From Candidatus Latescibacterota bacterium (GTDB lineage Bacteria; Latescibacterota; UBA2968): 13,814 nucleotides of DNA. Both the position numbers and the translations under genes were made by a program. The stretch lies in assembly GCA_038279365.1 (NCBI GenBank), contig JAYODI010000032.1, positions 1-13,814 on the forward strand, in the 5' to 3' direction. The number at the start of each line of letters is the position of its first letter. Position 1 is the stretch's first letter. Positions 8,154-13,814 of the stretch are shown here, one piece after another. The notes beneath the pieces were generated by a model. The model was not told the origin of the DNA and searched no databases. It saw only the letters and a list, made by a program, of their open reading frames with translations.

Positions 8154-8182
8154 ATGTGGATGAGAAATGTTGAGGAAATCGA

Positions 8183-9139
8183 ATGGGTTTTGTGACAGAT
8201 GCACACTTGGCAGACTATGAAGCGAATGGTTTTGTTGTTGTTGAAGGTTTGTTGGATGTGGTTGAAGACATTCAACCGGTTATGGATGAATATGCGCAGG
8301 TGTTGGATCGTTTGGCATATCAGTTATACAACGATGGGCAGATTGCGAGCTTATATGCCGCGTTGCCCTTTGGTGAGCGGTTGACCCGTGTTTATGCTGA
8401 GAGTGGGGTGGTGCATTCTCAGTATTTTGATTTTTCATTGCCCCAAAACGGTATTGATGCCAAGACGCCATTTTGGGCTGGGCCTGCGGTGTTTCACCTT
8501 ATTCGTCATCAAAAATTGTTGGATGCGGCGGCACATTTTGTGGGCGATGAAATATATTCCAATCCGGTACAACACATTCGCATCAAACCGCCGGAACAAG
8601 CTTTGCCTCAAACGGGTGATAACCGTGTGATTCAAACCCCTTGGCACCAAGATAATGGTGTGATTTTGCCCGAGGCCGATCAGGGACATATTTTGACGGT
8701 TTGGTTTCCCCTCACCGATGCCACATTTGAGCAAGGGTGTTTAAGGGTTTTGCCGAAGAGTCATAAGATGGGGTTGATGCATCATTGTTATCGGCCCAAT
8801 GGGTTGGCCATTGCACATTTGGATGAAGAAGGTGCGTTGCCCTTGCCAATGAAGGCGGGCGATGTTTTGTTTATGCATCAGTTGACGAGCCACTGTTCTT
8901 TGCCCAATGTGAGCGATAAGGTGCGCATCAGTTTTGATTTGCGATATCAACCCATTGGTGAACCCACGGGGCGGCCTGTTTTTCCTGGGTTTGTGGCGCG
9001 CAGTAAAAAACATCCCGAATCGGAATTGCACGATCCTGAGGTCTGGGAAAAGATGTGGCGCGATGCCCGAGATCGGTTGGCACAAGAAGCCAATCCAACC
9101 TTTAACCGCTGGCATGTAAGCGACCCTGTTTGTGCATAA
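8183..9139 (+). CDS. PhyH family Fe(II)/2OG dioxygenase, copy 3
   Basis: YEANGFVVVEGLL, TPWHQD, WFPLTDATFEQGCLRVLPKSHK, MKAGDVLFMHQLTSHCSLPN...VRISFDLRY. SD GAGG upstream. Confidence 0.92.
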   Translation: MGFVTDAHLADYEANGFVVVEGLLDVVEDIQPVMDEYAQVLDRLAYQLYNDGQIASLYAALPFGERLTRVYAESGVVHSQYFDFSLPQNGIDAKTPFWAGPAVFHLIRHQKLLDAAAHFVGDEIYSNPVQHIRIKPPEQALPQTGDNRVIQTPWHQDNGVILPEADQGHILTVWFPLTDATFEQGCLRVLPKSHKMGLMHHCYRPNGLAIAHLDEEGALPLPMKAGDVLFMHQLTSHCSLPNVSDKVRISFDLRYQPIGEPTGRPVFPGFVARSKKHPESELHDPEVWEKMWRDARDRLAQEANPTFNRWHVSDPVCA

Positions 9140-9151
9140 AGGGAGTTATTG

Positions 9152-10210
9152 ATGTTTGTGAGCAACGATGAAATTGCAGGGATCAAAAAACGTGTGCAAG
9201 AAGGTTTGGAACCGTGGCAATCGGCTTATGTGCGGATGATGTCTGATGCCGAACGGGCGATGGAACAAGTGCCTGTTACGGTGACACGCAAAGGCGCAGG
9301 TCGGCACGATTATTGGACAGACCCTCCCTATCGGGGGTGGAACAAGGTGGACAAGTCGGGCGCAGATGTACGCGACGGACAGATCAACCCCGAGTCGGAT
9401 CGTGGCGATTATATGGCGGCCATTGCTTTGGACAATGCGGTGCGGAATTTGGGCTTGGCATATGCCTTTACGGGAGACGCGGTTTATGCCAAAAAGGTGG
9501 TTGAACTGTTGCGGGTTTGGTGTGTGGATGAAAAGACATATATGGAACCGAAGTTGACCAACGGTCAATCGCATATTGAGTTATACATTACGATGCCGGG
9601 TATGATCTATGGCGGGTTTTTGGTGTTGGAATCGGGTGTGTGGGATGGCGGTGTGCAAAAGAGGTGGTTGGATTGGGTGCGGGCGTTTTCAGAAAATGCG
9701 AGAGGGGTGACCCACAAGAACAATTTTGAAAATTGGCGGTTGGTGTTGTTGTCTACGGTGGGTGTGACATTGGGTGATCAGACGCTGTTGGATGAGGTGT
9801 TTACACAGTGGCGATCCATTATCGATTGGCAAATGTCACCTGAAGGGTGGATGGTTCATGAAACGGGGCGCACCAAGTCTTTGGATTATTCGACTTATGC
9901 TCTAAATGCGATGAGTTTGACGGCTGAATTGGCGCGTCAGCAAGGTGTGGATTTGTATGGGTATACGTTAGACGATGGACGAGGCTTAGAATTTACCTTG
10001 GATCATCACGCCCCGTTTGTGATTCACCCAGAGACATGGCCACACGAGCAAATTGCGCCCTATAAAGGTGACAATGCCGCGATTTTTGAGCTGGCTTATG
10101 CGCGTTTTCAAAAGCCCGAATACAAAGCGGCAATTGAAAAGTGGGGCAGGCCCATGTTTGAAAAACGCATTGCTGGGCCAGTGACGTTAACACACGGTGT
10201 GGCGTTTTAG
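9152..10210 (+). CDS. Alginate lyase family protein (PF05426 / PL5-like fold), no signal peptide
   Basis: HDYWTDPPY, RDGQINPE, LGLAYAFTGD..YA, W.VDEKTYMEPKL, NNFENW (NNH position), ETGRTKSLDYSTYAL. SD GGGAG at 9141; ATG 9152 (alternative TTG 9149). Confidence 0.78.
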   Translation: MFVSNDEIAGIKKRVQEGLEPWQSAYVRMMSDAERAMEQVPVTVTRKGAGRHDYWTDPPYRGWNKVDKSGADVRDGQINPESDRGDYMAAIALDNAVRNLGLAYAFTGDAVYAKKVVELLRVWCVDEKTYMEPKLTNGQSHIELYITMPGMIYGGFLVLESGVWDGGVQKRWLDWVRAFSENARGVTHKNNFENWRLVLLSTVGVTLGDQTLLDEVFTQWRSIIDWQMSPEGWMVHETGRTKSLDYSTYALNAMSLTAELARQQGVDLYGYTLDDGRGLEFTLDHHAPFVIHPETWPHEQIAPYKGDNAAIFELAYARFQKPEYKAAIEKWGRPMFEKRIAGPVTLTHGVAF

Positions 10211-10236
10211 GTTTTCAACCATGATAAAAATATGTG

Positions 10237-10265
10237 AGGCACGTCCTTTTGGGCGTGCCTTTTTT
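10237..10265 (+). terminator. Rho-independent terminator after the lyase gene
   Basis: Stem AGGCACGTCC (10237-10246) / GGGCGTGCCT (10251-10260) with one G-U pair, TTTT loop, then a T run. Confidence 0.85.
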
Positions 10266-10294
10266 ATTTGGCTGACCTCATTTTGCACGCACGT

Positions 10295-11302
10295 CTACTC
10301 ACCCACCGGCCAGTGACGCCGAATGAACGCCACCGTCTTGTCAACATACGTACTTCTGTATTCACTGTCGCTGATGTCGGGATAATCTTCCTTGCGAATC
10401 ACTTCCACATTCACCCCGTGGGGGGCGCATGCCTCGGCAAATTTCAGGCCAAACAGTGGGTGATGCACAGCGTGCCCTCCGGGCAGGTCGTTGGTCGGGT
10501 AGGTGTCGGGATATTTGTAGAACAGCATGGTTGGTGGTATGTGGGGGCCAACATGCTCAATTGCCGAACACTGGCTGAATTGTTCGCGAGCCCACGGTTC
10601 GGTTTGCTGTTTGGCGGGCACCCGAAAGAGCATCAGAAAGGCGCGTTGCTGGTAAGCACTGGCGGGTAGGAACTGTTTGATCCAGTTCGGGTCGTAGGAA
10701 GATTGGGTGTCACTGCCACTGATCAGGTTGGGGCGGCTGGAGTAGTGTTCGACCAGATCGGTGCTCTCTGGGTTGATCCGGTCTTCGGTGGCGGCCAACC
10801 ACAGGCTGATGCCGCCGCCCGCAGAGGAACCGGCCAGGCAAATTTTGTCGCGGTCAATGTTCCACCTGCTGGCGTCGAATCGCAGATATTGCACTGCCCG
10901 TGCGGCGTCGTGGAATGCAGCTGGAAAAGGTGCCTGCTGAGACAATCGGTAGTTGATGGATGCAACCGAAATGCCGTTGGCCAAGCATTCTCGAACGAGG
11001 CGGGACGAGACGCCTTCTTTGGAGCCGTGCAAAAACGCGCCCCCGTGAATCCAGACCAGAAGCGGTGTGCGTTTCCCATGATCTGGTGCGAGGTAGATAT
11101 CGAAGTCGTTGCCAAAATGAGCGCCGTACCGAAAGTCACGCACGTCTGGCTCAGGCTTGGCGGCACGCGTTTGTTCCACTGCCTGATTTTCATCGGTTTC
11201 AGATGCAGCCGCATTGTTCTGTGCACCAGCGATATGCGGCATCGTGACTGTTGCCATCACAGCCAGCAGACTCCCCAACAACATCCATTTCTCCACGACC
11301 AT
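10295..11302 (-). CDS. Secreted alpha/beta hydrolase (HSL-like acetyl esterase/lipase, BD-FAE-like)
   Basis: Signal peptide (MVVEKWMLLGSLLAVMATV...AGA), oxyanion motif WIHGGAF, SINYRLS...FPAAFHDAARAVQYLR, nucleophile elbow GSSAGG, candidate catalytic His in AVHHPLFG. SD AAGGA. Confidence 0.88.
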   Translation of the reverse strand: MVVEKWMLLGSLLAVMATVTMPHIAGAQNNAAASETDENQAVEQTRAAKPEPDVRDFRYGAHFGNDFDIYLAPDHGKRTPLLVWIHGGAFLHGSKEGVSSRLVRECLANGISVASINYRLSQQAPFPAAFHDAARAVQYLRFDASRWNIDRDKICLAGSSAGGGISLWLAATEDRINPESTDLVEHYSSRPNLISGSDTQSSYDPNWIKQFLPASAYQQRAFLMLFRVPAKQQTEPWAREQFSQCSAIEHVGPHIPPTMLFYKYPDTYPTNDLPGGHAVHHPLFGLKFAEACAPHGVNVEVIRKEDYPDISDSEYRSTYVDKTVAFIRRHWPVGE

Positions 11303-11624
11303 TTTTTATCCTTCTTTCTGGTTATACCCTTAAGGAATCGCTCAGGCGGTATTTTCCTGACCATGAGGGCAAGGGGTTTCTGTCTGTTTTCTATTTTCTT
11401 TTAAACGGTTGCTTAAGGCCACCATTTGGCCATTTTATTGAATTCCATAGGTATGTCACCCGTTTAAAAGTGGACCTATGAAGAATACAATATGGGATGA
11501 TTTTGCCCTTGTGCACGAATAAGCTTGAAGAGATATGTTTTTGTTAATTTGTAGGTGTTTTTGGGAGGATGCAAATCTTTTTTAAATAGAATCTGTGAAG
11601 GAATGGGAGAGACTCAAAATAGGT

Positions 11625-13814
11625 TTAGCTCTTTTGTTTAGACGCAATATAAAAACGGGTTTGATCTCTTTGTCCCATTTCATCAACCACCTCGAGTGTG
11701 TGCCAACCCTCGGGTAGGGTGGTGGCTTTGATGTGTGTGGTATGTGTTTGTCCGAGGTAGTGGTGGTTCACATACCAATAAAGGGTGCGGTCTTTGTCGC
11801 GGTGGGTCACGCGCAGCACCACATTTTGCAAGGTGCCATCGAAGTCGCGGGGCAAATAGAGGTGGGCATTGGGTGTTGGGTAAACAATTTGGATGGCTGT
11901 TTGATCCAATTGGGCGGGGCAATCGGGCTTGTGTGTGGGCAGGTCACTGGCCATATGACCTTGTTGGCGCAAGTGGGTGACCACATCGGGTGTGTAGATC
12001 AGGCGAGAGACAGATTTGTGATTGTTGGGTGTCCAGCACAGTGAACAAACGCGTTGGGTTTCGTCTTGGGTCACCGTAATGATTTGATGATTGGGGCAGG
12101 TTTTGAGGGGGTGTTGGTATTTGGGGGCTTTGGTTTGTGTGGTGGTTGGGCACTGGTCACTGGCCTGATACCCCGTGTCTGCACAGAGTGTTATTGTTGC
12201 AAGATCGGCGTCTGGTGTGGGAAACCACGGTCGGTTGGGGTCTTTGGGCAGGCTGTTGAAAAGGTCAAAAAACAAGGGGCCAGCACAGCGTGAACCGATG
12301 AGATCTGGTGTGGCATCGCCATTAAAATTGCCCACCCAAACGGCAATCGTCCATTGGGGAGAAACACCCACAGCCCACGCATCGCGGTGTCCATAGCTGG
12401 TACCTGTTTTCCAAGCGATGGGCCATTGGTTTTGATATTGGTGCCAATAATATTCTGAACCGGGTCGGGCAAGGTCTCGTAGGCTGTTGAGAATGAGGTG
12501 GCACGCGCCAGGGCTGATGAGCTGAGGTGTTTTTTGTGGGGTGTCAGAAGGGTGAATGGTTAGGGGTTGGAAGATGCCGTTGTTGGCCAACCCGCGAAAG
12601 AGGGCGGCCATTTCTAAGGCATTGACTTCGGCACCGCCAATAATGAGGGGGAGACCGTAATCTTGTGGACTTCGAAAGAGGGTGGTGAGTCCTGCGGTTT
12701 TGAGGGTTTGATAAAACGGCTCAAGGCCATAGGTATAAAGCAAGCGCACAGCAGGCACATTGGCCGAGGTGACGAGGGCATCGTGCGCTGTAATAAGACC
12801 GCTATATGTGCGGTTGGCATTGCGTGGTGAAAACGGGCCGTAGTAGGTGGGAATGTCGCGCAGTTGGCTTTGGGGCATGATGAGCCCGGCATCTATGCTG
12901 AGGGCGTAGAGAAAGGGTTTGAGCAATGAACCCGATGAACGTGGTGCAACAAGGCCATCTACTTGGTGCTCATTAAAGTTTTGAGAGCCCACATATGCCA
13001 CAATCTGCCCCGTTTGGGTGTCTGCAATAAGTGCCGCGCCATTTTTAATGCCACTGTGACTGAGGCGTTCAAGATGCCGCGCAACAATGTCTTGGGTTTG
13101 GGTTTGCAGGGTGGGGTCAATGGTGGTGTGTACAATGGTGTTGGGATATTGGGTGTGGCAGTGTTGTGTTAGGTGAGGGGCAAGCATGGGAAAGGGGTGT
13201 GATTGATGGGGAATGGGTTCTTGTTTGGAAAGGTGCAGGGTTTCTGCATCAAAGTGGTGTGCAAGGTAAAGCGCATTGAGCAATTGATCGCGCTTTTTTT
13301 GCAGTTGTTTGGGGTTGGCCTGGGGGGAAATGATACCGGGTGCATTGGGCAATACGGCCAAGAGTGCGGCTTGTGACCAAGTGAGTTGGTGAGGGTCTTT
13401 TTGGAAATAACGATGTGCTGCAGCCCGATACCCCACAATGTTGCCACCATAAGGGGCGTGGTTGAGGTAGGCGTGTAAAATTTCGTTTTTGGAATATTGG
13501 GTTTCTATTTTGAGGGCTTGCAATATTTCAAGGGCTTTGTTGGCATAGGTGCGTTTTTTGGGTTGTATGAGGCGTGATACTTGCATGGTCAACGTGCTGG
13601 CACCACTGATGATTTCTTGTTGGGTGATGTTTTGATAAAGGGCACGTGCAAGGGCCAATGGGTCGATGCCGATGTGGTGTTCAAAACGGCGGTCTTCAAA
13701 ATGGAGAACGGCCACTTTGAGTTTTTGAGGAATGGGTTGGTGGGGGTCGGGTGGCAAGTGCCATTGTTCGGCTTGGTTGAGAAAGGCACGCAGAATATGC
13801 CCGTCTTTGCCAAG
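11625..13814 (-). CDS. pbpC: Penicillin-binding protein 1C, 5' end outside the window
   Basis: Transglycosylase motifs EDRRF and SGASTLTMQ; transpeptidase motifs SLLK (SxxK), SAN and KTGTS; Cys-containing PBP1C-type C-terminus ending LYWYVN...GWHTLEVVDEMG. The frame stays open to 13814 (LGKDGHILRAFLNQAEQWHLP), so 13757 is not the real start. Confidence 0.93.
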   Translation of the reverse strand, partial: LGKDGHILRAFLNQAEQWHLPPDPHQPIPQKLKVAVLHFEDRRFEHHIGIDPLALARALYQNITQQEIISGASTLTMQVSRLIQPKKRTYANKALEILQALKIETQYSKNEILHAYLNHAPYGGNIVGYRAAAHRYFQKDPHQLTWSQAALLAVLPNAPGIISPQANPKQLQKKRDQLLNALYLAHHFDAETLHLSKQEPIPHQSHPFPMLAPHLTQHCHTQYPNTIVHTTIDPTLQTQTQDIVARHLERLSHSGIKNGAALIADTQTGQIVAYVGSQNFNEHQVDGLVAPRSSGSLLKPFLYALSIDAGLIMPQSQLRDIPTYYGPFSPRNANRTYSGLITAHDALVTSANVPAVRLLYTYGLEPFYQTLKTAGLTTLFRSPQDYGLPLIIGGAEVNALEMAALFRGLANNGIFQPLTIHPSDTPQKTPQLISPGACHLILNSLRDLARPGSEYYWHQYQNQWPIAWKTGTSYGHRDAWAVGVSPQWTIAVWVGNFNGDATPDLIGSRCAGPLFFDLFNSLPKDPNRPWFPTPDADLATITLCADTGYQASDQCPTTTQTKAPKYQHPLKTCPNHQIITVTQDETQRVCSLCWTPNNHKSVSRLIYTPDVVTHLRQQGHMASDLPTHKPDCPAQLDQTAIQIVYPTPNAHLYLPRDFDGTLQNVVLRVTHRDKDRTLYWYVNHHYLGQTHTTHIKATTLPEGWHTLEVVDEMGQRDQTRFYIASKQKS

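Noticed and set aside
10268-11404. Plus-strand ORFs of 133 aa and 233 aa
   Set aside because: They lie antisense to the well-supported esterase, have no motifs, and are expected shadows of GC-rich codon usage.
10280-11506. 7-bp direct repeat ATTTTGC (10280-10286 and 11500-11506) as a target-site duplication around the esterase
   Set aside because: Too short and AT-rich to distinguish from chance without an empty-site comparison.
1-13814. CRISPR array, tRNA/rRNA, IS or phage genes, defence systems
   Set aside because: No regularly spaced repeats, cloverleaf/TPsiC patterns, or transposase, integrase or nuclease motifs seen. The remaining short ORFs overlap better-supported genes.

Overview
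A gene-dense bacterial chromosomal segment from a diderm (LptE-like lipoprotein, pbpC). I see no rRNA, tRNA, CRISPR array or transposase. Gene order: cupin(-), DsbA-family CxxC protein(+), penicillin/cephalosporin-acylase-like Ntn protein(-), DUF1844-like(+), LptE-like(+), two PhyH-type Fe(II)/2OG dioxygenases(-), a 5' fragment of glmS fused to an unrelated tail(+), a PAS histidine kinase that seems to start mid-HAMP(+), a third PhyH(+), an alginate-lyase-family protein(+), a compositionally foreign secreted alpha/beta hydrolase(-), and pbpC(-, cut by the window edge). Best leads: (1) the acylase ORF is intact and apparently secreted, yet the Ser nucleophile and the other catalytic positions are replaced, making it a candidate pseudoenzyme or binding protein; (2) an in-frame glmS'::unknown::'kinase mosaic behind a strong promoter and a terminator-like leader; (3) a PhyH coupled to a lyase whose NNH motif reads NNF; (4) a horizontally acquired esterase preceded by alternative base pairings and a tiny Trp-Trp ORF. 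All calls come from motif recognition by eye; no searches were run. The PhyH expansion is reminiscent of Latescibacterota/Poribacteria-like genomes, but that is only a guess.
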